Below, one piece after another: positions 16,170 to 25,062 of a stretch of DNA of 64,000 nucleotides (within the stretch, counting starts at the first letter, position 1; each line of letters begins with the position of its first letter). The DNA is taken from NCBI GenBank assembly GCA_028706295.1, contig JAQWBQ010000003.1, positions 34,441 through 98,440 of the forward strand, read 5' to 3'. The translations under genes were made by a program, and so were the position numbers. The notes under the pieces are model-generated. The model worked only from the letters and a program-made list of their open reading frames with translations, had not been told where the DNA came from and searched no databases. This stretch comes from Bacteroidales bacterium. Its GTDB lineage: Bacteria; Bacteroidota; Bacteroidia; Bacteroidales; FEN-979.

Positions 16170-18860
16170 ATGAATATTCATAAACTCAACAACATTTTTA
16201 ACCCGCAGCGTATTGCACTGATTGGGGTCACTACCAACCCAAACAGTGTCAGCGGTAAAGTTTTGATCAATCTGGTCAGCGGAGGTTTCCGCGGAGTGGT
16301 TTACCCTGTCAATCCCGATCTCGAGGCTGTCATGGGAATCCCCTGTTATCCTGACGTCAGCGTCCTGCCAAAGGTTCCTGATCTTGCTATCATCTGTACA
16401 CCTGCTGTAAAGGTTCCTGAAATCGTGAGAGCTTGCGGAATGTTCGGGATCCGGGGCATAATAATCATATCAGCCGGATTCAAGGAAATAGGTGAAGAAG
16501 GAAAGAAACTCGAAGACGAAATCAGGGCCGTGCTCCGGGAAATTCCTGAAATGCGGATAATCGGACCAAATTGCCTGGGTATAATTGTCCCGGGGTTGAA
16601 ATTGAATGCCTCTTTTGCTGCCGATATGCCCAAATCCGGAAATATAGCCTTCATCTCTCAGTCCGGCGCACTGTGTACCTCTGTTCTCGACTGGGCCATT
16701 GAAGGAAAGATCGGATTTTCTCAGTTTGTATCGATCGGAAACAGCATTGACGTTGAATTCGGTGATCTGATCGATTATTTCGGTGAGGATGAGAACACAA
16801 AATGCATCATTCTTTACATTGAATCAATCCAAAATCCCCGAAAATTCATGACGGCTGCCCGGGCTTTTGCACGTAAAAAGCCGATCATTGTTTATAAGGC
16901 AGGACGTTTCCCGGAGTCGGCGCAGGTTGCCGCGTCCCATACCGGCGCCATGGCCTCAGAGGACGCTGTTTACGATGCAGCATTTCAAAGAGCCGGATTG
17001 GCAAGGGTCTATGAAATAGGCGATATTTTCAGTGTGGCTGAACTGATCGGGCGCAACCGCTTTCCGCAGGGACCCAGACTGGGAATCATCACCAATGCCG
17101 GTGGTCCCGGGGTTATGGCTACCGATGCCCTTATTGCCTCCAATGGTGTACTTGCAGAACTATCAGAAGAAACGATGGCACGGTTGAATGAAAACCTGCC
17201 TGAATTCTGGTCACATGGGAATCCCGTAGATGTACTCGGAGATGCGCGGGCAAAAAGGATTGCAAAAGCCACACAGATTGTACTGGAGGACAGCAATGTT
17301 GATGCGGTACTGGTGATTTTGACACCCCAGGCGATGACCAGCCCGAATGCAACGGCCAAAGAGATCAGTTTACTGGCTGGTACAACCCGGAAACCTATAC
17401 TTGCCGCCTGGTTGGGCGGTCAGAGCATGCACGAGGCCGATGACATCCTGGTCGAAAACGGGATTCCTTCCTATAAGACTCCTGAACAGGCAATCCGTGC
17501 TTTTATGACCATGGTTGCTTACACCAGGAACCTCGCGACACTTTATGAGACTCCAAAGGACATTCCGGTTGAATTCAGCATCGACCGGAAACAAACCAGG
17601 ATTGAATTTAAACAATTGATAACCGGACATGAACCGGTTTTACCGGAGAATATTTCAAAATCCATCCTGGAGAAATACGGAATTTCAACTACCATCCCGC
17701 TTTTTGCTGCCACTGCCGATGCAGCTGTTGAGATTGCATGCAGGATAGGATTCCCGGTAGTTCTTAAAATACATTCACCCGATATCACCCATAAATCAGA
17801 TGTGGGCGGCGTACAGTTGAATCTTGGAACCGAAAAACAGGTCCGGGCCGCTTACGAGAGGATTATTGAGACAGCCGGTATCCGGCGCCCCGATGCTCAA
17901 GTGGAAGGAGTCACCGTCCAGAAAATGGTATCTCATAAAGATGCTGTCGAATTGATTCTGGGCATTAAAAAAGATAAAGTTTTTGGAACCGTTCTGATGA
18001 TCGGCATGGGTGGCATCACGGCGGAATTGTTCAGCGACAAGGCCTTGGGATTTCCACCGCTGAATGAACGCCTGGCCCGCCGGATGATCGAGTCACTCAG
18101 GATCTATCCGTTATTAAAAGGCTACCGGGGAAGTCAACCTAAAAACACCGAAAAACTCATCCAGGTTCTCATCAGACTCTCCTATCTGGCTGCTGATTAT
18201 CCTGAAATCACAGAACTTGACATCAATCCACTGCTGGTCACTCCCGATGATGTCATCGCACTCGACGCCAGGGTTGTATATGATTCTGCCATGACCATTT
18301 CTCCCGGTAATGATCCCTATTTCCATCTTGCACTTCATCCATATCCTGAGAAATATGTAAAAAACACAACCCTGCAGGATGGAACCGAAATAGCACTCCG
18401 TCCGATAAAACCCGAAGATGAACCACTCTGGCTCGAAATGCTGGGCAGTTGCTCCAAAGAATCCCTCTATTCCCGATTCCGGTACTTCTTTCATTGGCAA
18501 TCACATGAGGTTGCTACCCGTTACTGTTATATTGATTATGACCGTGAAATAGCCATTGTGGCTGAAATCGTCGAAGAGGGGCAGAAAAAACTGGTTGGAA
18601 TCGGACGCCTGATCGCCGATCCCGATCATGAATCGGTCGAGTATGCTATTTTAATACCCGATGCATGGCAACAAAAGGACCTGGGAAATATACTAACCGA
18701 TTTCTGTATGGAAGTCGCTGGTGCAGGGCCATTCAAAAAGATTGTGGCTCAAACTACTACGGACAACAAAAGGATGATTTCGGTCTTCCAGAAAAGAGGA
18801 TTTGAAATCAGGATCAATAATGTGGATTCAACCGTGGATGTCACTAAAAATTTAAAATAA
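16170..18860 (+). CDS. pat: Pat/YfiQ-type protein lysine acetyltransferase (NDP-forming acyl-CoA synthetase-like domains fused to a C-terminal GNAT)
   Basis: N-terminal CoA-binding region (IALIGV....SV..KVL.NL), a succinyl-CoA-ligase-like flavodoxin domain (ISQSGAL), an ATP-grasp region (FPVVLKIHSPDITHKSDVGGV) and a C-terminal GNAT (VGIGRLIADPDHESVEYAILIPDAWQQKDLG). ATG 16170 is preferred over GTG 16128. Confidence 0.75.
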   Translation: MNIHKLNNIFNPQRIALIGVTTNPNSVSGKVLINLVSGGFRGVVYPVNPDLEAVMGIPCYPDVSVLPKVPDLAIICTPAVKVPEIVRACGMFGIRGIIIISAGFKEIGEEGKKLEDEIRAVLREIPEMRIIGPNCLGIIVPGLKLNASFAADMPKSGNIAFISQSGALCTSVLDWAIEGKIGFSQFVSIGNSIDVEFGDLIDYFGEDENTKCIILYIESIQNPRKFMTAARAFARKKPIIVYKAGRFPESAQVAASHTGAMASEDAVYDAAFQRAGLARVYEIGDIFSVAELIGRNRFPQGPRLGIITNAGGPGVMATDALIASNGVLAELSEETMARLNENLPEFWSHGNPVDVLGDARAKRIAKATQIVLEDSNVDAVLVILTPQAMTSPNATAKEISLLAGTTRKPILAAWLGGQSMHEADDILVENGIPSYKTPEQAIRAFMTMVAYTRNLATLYETPKDIPVEFSIDRKQTRIEFKQLITGHEPVLPENISKSILEKYGISTTIPLFAATADAAVEIACRIGFPVVLKIHSPDITHKSDVGGVQLNLGTEKQVRAAYERIIETAGIRRPDAQVEGVTVQKMVSHKDAVELILGIKKDKVFGTVLMIGMGGITAELFSDKALGFPPLNERLARRMIESLRIYPLLKGYRGSQPKNTEKLIQVLIRLSYLAADYPEITELDINPLLVTPDDVIALDARVVYDSAMTISPGNDPYFHLALHPYPEKYVKNTTLQDGTEIALRPIKPEDEPLWLEMLGSCSKESLYSRFRYFFHWQSHEVATRYCYIDYDREIAIVAEIVEEGQKKLVGIGRLIADPDHESVEYAILIPDAWQQKDLGNILTDFCMEVAGAGPFKKIVAQTTTDNKRMISVFQKRGFEIRINNVDSTVDVTKNLK

Positions 18861-18897
18861 ATAGTATCTCTGACCGTTAAGTTTTAAACTGTTAACC

Positions 18898-19422
18898 ATG
18901 AATAAACCTTCAATTACAAACCTCCTTCTTTTTACAGGATTATTATTCGTTATCACCTCCTGTTCCGTTACTTCTCACCCCTATGAAACCATGATACTGG
19001 GGAAATGGAAACCACTCAAAGTCGAAAAATTCATCGACTCAGTCGCTTATAAAGCCGTCATGGCATCCCAGGCAGCTACAGGCGAGAAGACCGAAAAAGG
19101 CAATCAAATGGTACGGGGGACCTCCCCTGACAGACTTGATGCAGCTCTAGACCGCCTCATACAGGTCGAATCCAGGGCCGAAATGGAAGTTTTTGCCGAT
19201 AAAACGGTCATAAAAAAATACCCCCAAAAAGAAGTTAAGGCTACCTGGAAAATGAAAGGCAATGGTACCCGGATGAATGTAAAAAATATTGATAATAAGA
19301 GGAAATATACCATCGAACTACTGGAAGTCTCCAAAGAACAGGTTGTTTTACTTGAACACCTTCCCATCGGCGATGCCAAAATTACCTACGTGAGATTGGA
19401 CTATACCCCTTCGCCCCAGTAA
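18898..19422 (+). CDS. Hypothetical lipoprotein
   Basis: Lipobox LFVITSC follows a signal sequence. 174 aa. No family was recognised. Confidence 0.5.
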   Translation: MNKPSITNLLLFTGLLFVITSCSVTSHPYETMILGKWKPLKVEKFIDSVAYKAVMASQAATGEKTEKGNQMVRGTSPDRLDAALDRLIQVESRAEMEVFADKTVIKKYPQKEVKATWKMKGNGTRMNVKNIDNKRKYTIELLEVSKEQVVLLEHLPIGDAKITYVRLDYTPSPQ

Positions 19423-19647
19423 TCCCTTTTGTCCCTCCGGGAGAATTTCCTGGTATTTCTGACAAATCCGGGTTTGTTCTCTCGATTATCCCGATAAGGC
19501 TAGAGATGTATCCTGGTCCTATCAGTCAATTTGTTTTTATTATCCTTGATCCTTTTGAGTTTGCTAATGCTTGCAAACTCAAATATTCCTATAACTGAAT
19601 CGAAACAGCTTTTTTCATATAGTTGCTTAGATCCATTCCAAATTTAA

Positions 19648-19678
19648 TTTGGAAATAATCTAATTTAATATAAATTTG
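19648..19678 (+). promoter_or_regulatory. Bacteroidota-type promoter (-33 TTTG / -7 TAAATTTG)
   Basis: TTTG at 19648-19651 and TAAATTTG at 19671-19678 are separated by 19 nt. They lie 33 nt upstream of ATG 19711, inside an AT-rich 288-nt intergenic region. Confidence 0.5.
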
Positions 19679-19710
19679 CATTTTTTATGAACAATTAAAA
19701 ATCAGAAGCG

Positions 19711-20472
19711 ATGAATATAAAGACTAATTTTCTGAAATCAGGCATGACCCTGATCCTTTTTATGGCTATCATTTTATCCGGATGTTCAAAGGTGGAAGAT
19801 GACATTCCCGAACAACCACAGACCAACAGCAACAACGGATATACGATCACAATCTCCGACGGTTATGGAGTATTGGCAGCAGTCAGATCGGTTTCCCTGA
19901 CTACAGTGGGAGGATACACGGTGCCGGTTGAGGTAAATACGGCGGTAGCTGCATTTACTTCCTCTTCCGGGTCAGGTACATTTATCGATGCGGGGACGGT
20001 GACTCTGAACTTAAAATCCCTTACAAAGGCGGCCAATAATAGCTATTATTATCAAAATCTGATGGATCCATTGAATTTCAGCTCTATAACATGGAATGTA
20101 TCAGGAGCCGGATCGGTACCGGCAATATCATATACAGATGACAGACAAATTCCCCAATACACTGATTTTTCCGCACTTCCTTCGACACTGAAACGAAATG
20201 CCGGATTGTCGATTGTACTGGGAAGCACGATTACCAATGCTGACTCCGTTTATGTCCTGGTGACCGATTACAATGGCAAAACAGTTTTAAGGAGAATGGG
20301 AGGGAATGCCAGTCAATGCGTCTTTTCAGGGTCTGATTTATCTGCTCTTTCGGCAGGCCAGGGAATGATCCAGGTAGTACCCTGGAATTATAAGACAGAA
20401 GATTACTCCGACAGGAAATATTACTTTATAATCGAATCGGCCTATACCCGTCAGGGAGTAACCATAAACTGA
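19711..20472 (+). CDS. Hypothetical lipoprotein
   Basis: Signal sequence plus lipobox ILSGCSK. 253 aa, Ser/Thr/Gly-rich and beta-rich. No family was recognised. Confidence 0.5.
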   Translation: MNIKTNFLKSGMTLILFMAIILSGCSKVEDDIPEQPQTNSNNGYTITISDGYGVLAAVRSVSLTTVGGYTVPVEVNTAVAAFTSSSGSGTFIDAGTVTLNLKSLTKAANNSYYYQNLMDPLNFSSITWNVSGAGSVPAISYTDDRQIPQYTDFSALPSTLKRNAGLSIVLGSTITNADSVYVLVTDYNGKTVLRRMGGNASQCVFSGSDLSALSAGQGMIQVVPWNYKTEDYSDRKYYFIIESAYTRQGVTIN

Positions 20473-20480
20473 TTCTGTTA

Positions 20481-21431
20481 TCAGCTTCTCAGTTTATTGG
20501 ATATTTCGTTCAGCATAACAGTCGTCATTTTTGAAAGGTCATACTGATAATTCAGGCCCCAGTCTTTTTTTGCCACGGAGTCGTCGATCCGCGCAGGCCA
20601 GGAATCGGCAATAGCCTGACGGAAATCGGGGGTATAGGTGATTTCAAATTCAGGGATGTGTTTTTTGATCTCACCGGCTAAAACGGCTGGAGTAAAGCTG
20701 ATACCGGCTACATTGTAGCTCGATCGCAGCGACAGTTTTGCTGAATCGGCTTCCATTACGTCAATGGTAGCTTTGATGGCATCGGGCATAAACATCATGG
20801 GAAGCGCTGAGTCGGGACCCAGGAAACAATCATATTTTTTGTGCCGGATGGCCTCATAAAAAATTTCAACGGCATAGTCAGTGGTTCCACCACCTGCTTC
20901 GGTCTTGTAACTTATCAGTCCGGGGTAACGCAGGCTGCGGGTATCGACGCCGTATTTATTGAAATAGTACTCAATCCAGCGTTCACCGGCCAGTTTGCTG
21001 ATCCCATAAACCGTATTGGGTTCCATTATCGTAAATTGCGGCGTATCAAAACGGGGTGTGGTCGGACCAAAAACCGCGATGGATGAAGGCCAGAAAATTT
21101 TACGAATCTTCAGTTCCCGGGCCAGCTCCAGCACGTTCATCAGGCTTCGCATATTGATATCCCAGGAGGGGAGGGGCCTCTTTTCGGCGTTTCCGGAAAG
21201 GATTGCTGCAAGATGGTATATCTGAGTAACCTTTTCGTGTTCAAGAATAAGCTGGAGTTTTGAAGCATCCAGAACATCAAGGATTTCAAACGGGCCCGAA
21301 CCAGCAACGTCGGGAGGAGCCGGACGGATATCTGTTGCAATTACTTTTGAATCTCCATAGATCTTTCGCAGTTCGAGTGTAAGTTCCGAGCCGATCTGTC
21401 CGGAACATCCGATTACCAATATTTTGTCCAT
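20481..21431 (-). CDS. tdh: L-threonine 3-dehydrogenase, extended-SDR (UDP-galactose-4-epimerase-like) type
   Basis: MDKILVIGCSGQIGSEL Rossmann motif at ATG 21431, YGISK (YxxxK), and 316 aa overall collinear with SDR-type TDH. The ORF-track start at 21476 lies upstream of a -7 box. Confidence 0.7.
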   Translation of the reverse strand: MDKILVIGCSGQIGSELTLELRKIYGDSKVIATDIRPAPPDVAGSGPFEILDVLDASKLQLILEHEKVTQIYHLAAILSGNAEKRPLPSWDINMRSLMNVLELARELKIRKIFWPSSIAVFGPTTPRFDTPQFTIMEPNTVYGISKLAGERWIEYYFNKYGVDTRSLRYPGLISYKTEAGGGTTDYAVEIFYEAIRHKKYDCFLGPDSALPMMFMPDAIKATIDVMEADSAKLSLRSSYNVAGISFTPAVLAGEIKKHIPEFEITYTPDFRQAIADSWPARIDDSVAKKDWGLNYQYDLSKMTTVMLNEISNKLRS

Positions 21432-21454
21432 CCAATTACTGTTAAAATTTCGTG

Positions 21455-21462
21455 CAAAAGTA
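21455..21462 (-). promoter_or_regulatory. -7 promoter box (TACTTTTG on the minus strand)
   Basis: The reverse complement of caaaagta lies 24 nt upstream of ATG 21431, inside the ORF-track N-terminal extension. Confidence 0.45.
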
Positions 21463-21675
21463 GAAAGAAATACCATGAAAAAGGCAAAAACTAAAAGGCA
21501 AAATTAAAATCCGGTTACTTGGACAAAGCATGAACATGCTTTAATCATATCGGGTCAATTCCCCACCCCTTGGGTCGGAACCTGGGTCCAGGGCTTGTCC
21601 TAGGGGTCATACCATTTATTTTGTTAACCTTCCATCCCGTTTCATCCAAAATCAATTATTGGGAACGTATTGAAA

Positions 21676-23949
21676 TTACCCGATCTTTAGCAAAAGTACA
21701 CCGTGTGAAGGAATCTTGAAATCCATCATATTTCCGGATTTACCCAGTGATTTCTGGCGCCAAAGATCACGAACGGGTAAGCCTGTTTTCAGTCCTGCTT
21801 TTTCCATAATCAGGGAATGGGATACTGTATTAGCCCCCAGGTTGAAGATGCCGACCGCTTTACTGCCATCTGACAATTCTTTGATCCATACCTGGATATC
21901 ACCCTCTTTAATAACAGGTGTAGCCTGTTTGCCTAACGGATCCTGGTTGATTGCGATCACTTCGTCGTTTGTCAGCAGGTTCAGGGTGAATTCATCGAGC
22001 CGCTCCAGATCGCAACCGATCAGTAACGGTGCCGAAAGGAGGCACCATAAAGAGATATGGGTGTATTGTTCATCTGGGGTAAGACGGGTTGGGTGCAGGT
22101 TGGGACCCCAACCAACCCAGCCGACTATCAGCATGTCGGGATCGTTCCAGTTGCCGGATTTCGCGTACTTTGCATGCTCAATCTGACTGAACCCGATCTC
22201 TTTAAGACTTTCCCATGTGTCGGTGATATCTTCGGTTGTCCGCCAGAGATTACCTCCCACCTCATCACCCCATTCCCAGACTTTACTCATACCATACTGG
22301 CACAGGCTGTAAACAATATCCCGGTCGACAGACGCCAATGCATCCCGCATCACGAAATAAGGTTTCATACGTTCGGCCAGGGAGGTATCTTTGGCTATTC
22401 CATCATAACTGCACCAGTCGTATTTCAGGTAATCGATGCCCCATAAAGCGAAAGAACGCGCATCCTGAGTTTCATGCTGGTAACTTGCTGTATATCCCCC
22501 GCAGGTCAGCGGGCCGGGTGAACTATAGATGCCGTATTTCAAACCCAGGGAGTGAATGCTATCGCCCAACCGTTTCATGTCGGGGAATTTCTCGTTGGTC
22601 AGGATGTTTCCGGATGGATCGCGCTTGGGCTCCCGGTCTTTCGGGATCTCCCAACCGTCATCAATGTTAACGTAAGTCCACCCATGGTTGATGAGTCCCA
22701 TGTTGCGATAAGTACGGGCACTTCCCAGCACTTTTTGCTCATCAACGGCCAGTCCCCAGCAATTCCAGCTGTTCCATCCCATCGGAGGTGTCAAACATAT
22801 GCGATCGCCGATCGAGATGGTCAGGTCGGCGGAAGCCTGGCCCCTGCTGTTTTTTGCCTTTAAGGTAACAATGTATTTGCCGGGCTGATCGATTTTTCCG
22901 GTGATGATCCCGGTTTTCGGATCGAGCGACAAACCGGGAGGCATGTTGAGGGCTTCGAAGGTCATAGGCCGGTTGCCGCTTGCCGGGATGGTGAACAGGA
23001 ATGGTTTACCCGGTCTTGCAGCCGTAATGATGGGATAATTGATTTTGGGTTGGGGTGATATGGCAGGGGTCGTGATATAGGGCGTTTCGTCGGAAAGCCG
23101 GAGTACATCGGGTCCCGCGGCAAGTTCAAAAGTACTGGATACCAGTTGCGATTGATCTTCTCTTTTAAGATTCACAGGAATATCCCTCATTTCACCGGCA
23201 TTCAGCGAGAGTTTTTCCACAAACTCCCAGGTTCGTGAACCAGTCAGTTTGTTCACTGCTTCGATCGTGAATTTCCCATCGATCCGGTAAGAAGATGAGG
23301 TATTTTTTACCGTGATAACCTTGTTGATGGATGTGCCATTAAAAGTGTAAGGAGTTTTATTGTTTTCAACCATCAGATAGTCGGTGAGTTTGGTCATACG
23401 AATCATCTGATCGCCGGTGTACATCCCACCCTGACCGCCCTGGTCGTAAACCCGCACAGCGATCACATTGTCCTGATCCCAGCGAATTCTTGGATCATTC
23501 ACTGCCAGTGTATAATTCCTTTTCTTATCCCAGAAATTGATCGGCGAATAAATAAAATTCGTGTCGGAGGCCAGATCCGGCGATGCATTCACCCCATTGA
23601 TCCCGAAAAGTTTCCCATTCAGGAACGCATGGTCAAAGTTGTTGATCTTCCCAAGGTCAATGAGCAGGCTGTCTTTCAGGAAAGCATTGTTTTTCAGGGA
23701 AGAAGGAATGACTATGTGGACCCTGAACCAGGCGTAACCATCGTAGGGATCATATCCCTGTGATTCCCAGATCTTGTCGACGTGGATGGTTTTCCAACCC
23801 GAATCGTCATAACCTGATTTTGCATAATCGGGATTGTCACCCTGAATGAATTTCCACGGGGTGTTCAGGTTGATTTGATCCTGGGCGGTAAGCGTGACCG
23901 GGATCATGAACAAAAGCAGAGAAAGGGGCAGGAATGTTTTTAATTTCAT
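21676..23949 (-). CDS. GH27 alpha-galactosidase with N-terminal carbohydrate-binding and Ig-like domains
   Basis: Signal peptide MKLKTFLPLSLLLFMIPVTLTAQ at ATG 23949. GH27 motifs: PPMGWNSWNCWG, GIDYLKYDWC, CQYG, WRTTEDI. Confidence 0.8.
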   Translation of the reverse strand: MKLKTFLPLSLLLFMIPVTLTAQDQINLNTPWKFIQGDNPDYAKSGYDDSGWKTIHVDKIWESQGYDPYDGYAWFRVHIVIPSSLKNNAFLKDSLLIDLGKINNFDHAFLNGKLFGINGVNASPDLASDTNFIYSPINFWDKKRNYTLAVNDPRIRWDQDNVIAVRVYDQGGQGGMYTGDQMIRMTKLTDYLMVENNKTPYTFNGTSINKVITVKNTSSSYRIDGKFTIEAVNKLTGSRTWEFVEKLSLNAGEMRDIPVNLKREDQSQLVSSTFELAAGPDVLRLSDETPYITTPAISPQPKINYPIITAARPGKPFLFTIPASGNRPMTFEALNMPPGLSLDPKTGIITGKIDQPGKYIVTLKAKNSRGQASADLTISIGDRICLTPPMGWNSWNCWGLAVDEQKVLGSARTYRNMGLINHGWTYVNIDDGWEIPKDREPKRDPSGNILTNEKFPDMKRLGDSIHSLGLKYGIYSSPGPLTCGGYTASYQHETQDARSFALWGIDYLKYDWCSYDGIAKDTSLAERMKPYFVMRDALASVDRDIVYSLCQYGMSKVWEWGDEVGGNLWRTTEDITDTWESLKEIGFSQIEHAKYAKSGNWNDPDMLIVGWVGWGPNLHPTRLTPDEQYTHISLWCLLSAPLLIGCDLERLDEFTLNLLTNDEVIAINQDPLGKQATPVIKEGDIQVWIKELSDGSKAVGIFNLGANTVSHSLIMEKAGLKTGLPVRDLWRQKSLGKSGNMMDFKIPSHGVLLLKIG

Positions 23950-24018
23950 GGCATGGATTGAATAACAACGATTTAACAAATGAATAAAGATTATTTGCCG
24001 GGTGAAAATAATTCATCT

Positions 24019-24026
24019 CAAAGGTA
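24019..24026 (-). promoter_or_regulatory. -7 promoter box (TACCTTTG on the minus strand)
   Basis: The reverse complement of caaaggta lies 70 nt upstream of ATG 23949. Confidence 0.35.
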
Positions 24027-24060
24027 TCATTTTATGACGAAACCTGGTTTGAGACCCTGA

Positions 24061-24097
24061 CGGGGTGGGGGTATACCGACCTGGGGCACCCACCCCG
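24061..24097. other. G/C-tract hairpin in a divergent promoter region
   Basis: CGGGGTGGG (24061-69) pairs perfectly with CCCACCCCG (24089-97). The 19-nt loop contains the palindrome GGTATACC, and the hairpin is followed by TTTCGTTT. Confidence 0.5.
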
Positions 24098-24193
24098 TTT
24101 CGTTTAGAATTGATTATGAGGAGCTTTCAGGATTGTTTTTGATTTGAAAACTCAAAAGCCGGAGTATCCGTGAGCAGGAACGAATGTTAACAG

Positions 24194-24201
24194 TACATTT
24201 G
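24194..24201 (+). promoter_or_regulatory. -7 promoter box (TACATTTG)
   Basis: Lies 17 nt upstream of ATG 24218. Confidence 0.4.
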
Positions 24202-24217
24202 TGCTTTAATTATTTTC

Positions 24218-24823
24218 ATGGATTCACTGGAAAACCGGAAACGGGAACTTCATGAAATGTCGCCTGCAGAATTGGGAAGGCTTTTCCCGATTGAGCTGGT
24301 TGGATACAATCCTGAATGGAAGAAAGTATTTGAGGACGAGAAAGAGAAGATTGAACTAAGACTAGCCGGGATTACAACAACACGCATCAGTCACATCGGA
24401 AGCACCGCAATTCCCGGCATCATGGCGAAACCCACCATTGACATTTTGCTGGAGATCAACTTTTCCAAAGAGACGATGATGACGGAAACCCTCGCAATGG
24501 ATAACCAATTGTCCTTGATCAAAATGGGGCTGGAGGCTGAGGGATACCATTGTCTTCAGAAACCGGAGAATCCTCCACCCCACATGATGTTCGTCAAGGG
24601 ATATACGTTAGCCGGTTTTTCCGGGCAGGCGTTTCATTTGCATCTCAGGTATCCGGGCGACTGGGATGAAATACGGTTCCGTGATTACTTGTTACAGCAT
24701 TCTGAAGCAGCGGCGGAATATGAGAAGCTAAAGATCAGGTTGGCGGAACAGTTCCGGAATGACCGGGATGGTTACACCAATGCAAAGGGCGGATTTATAG
24801 CAAGTATAAACAAAATGGATTAG
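24218..24823 (+). CDS. GrpB family (nucleotidyltransferase-fold) protein
   Basis: HIGSTAIPGIMAKPTIDILL plus FHLHLR...RFRDYL...YE.LK is the typical GrpB/UPF0157 pattern. Confidence 0.7.
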   Translation: MDSLENRKRELHEMSPAELGRLFPIELVGYNPEWKKVFEDEKEKIELRLAGITTTRISHIGSTAIPGIMAKPTIDILLEINFSKETMMTETLAMDNQLSLIKMGLEAEGYHCLQKPENPPPHMMFVKGYTLAGFSGQAFHLHLRYPGDWDEIRFRDYLLQHSEAAAEYEKLKIRLAEQFRNDRDGYTNAKGGFIASINKMD

Positions 24824-25062
24824 ATGAAACCATGCCATCAAATTGCCAACCAATCGTGATCAGTCTTTTTTATTAACGAACTGGCATTATCAACGTCATT
24901 ATGAAATAAATAACCCGGAAAATCCAGAATACACCCACCGGGTCTCCTGTTATACCGATTTAATTTCCGGGATTCGGGTTCCTGAATTAAATTGCCGGCA
25001 TTGACCCTGTCATGATACTTCCATCCTGTCAGGATTAAAATCGCAGACTTAAATCCATCAAG

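Noticed and set aside
21561-21615. A tRNA-like appearance (GGTCGGAACCTGGGTCC...GGGGTCATACCA) downstream of the GH27 gene.
   Set aside because: There is no T-loop consensus (GTTCRANYC), no foldable cloverleaf and no anticodon arm. I saw no tRNA gene anywhere in the window.
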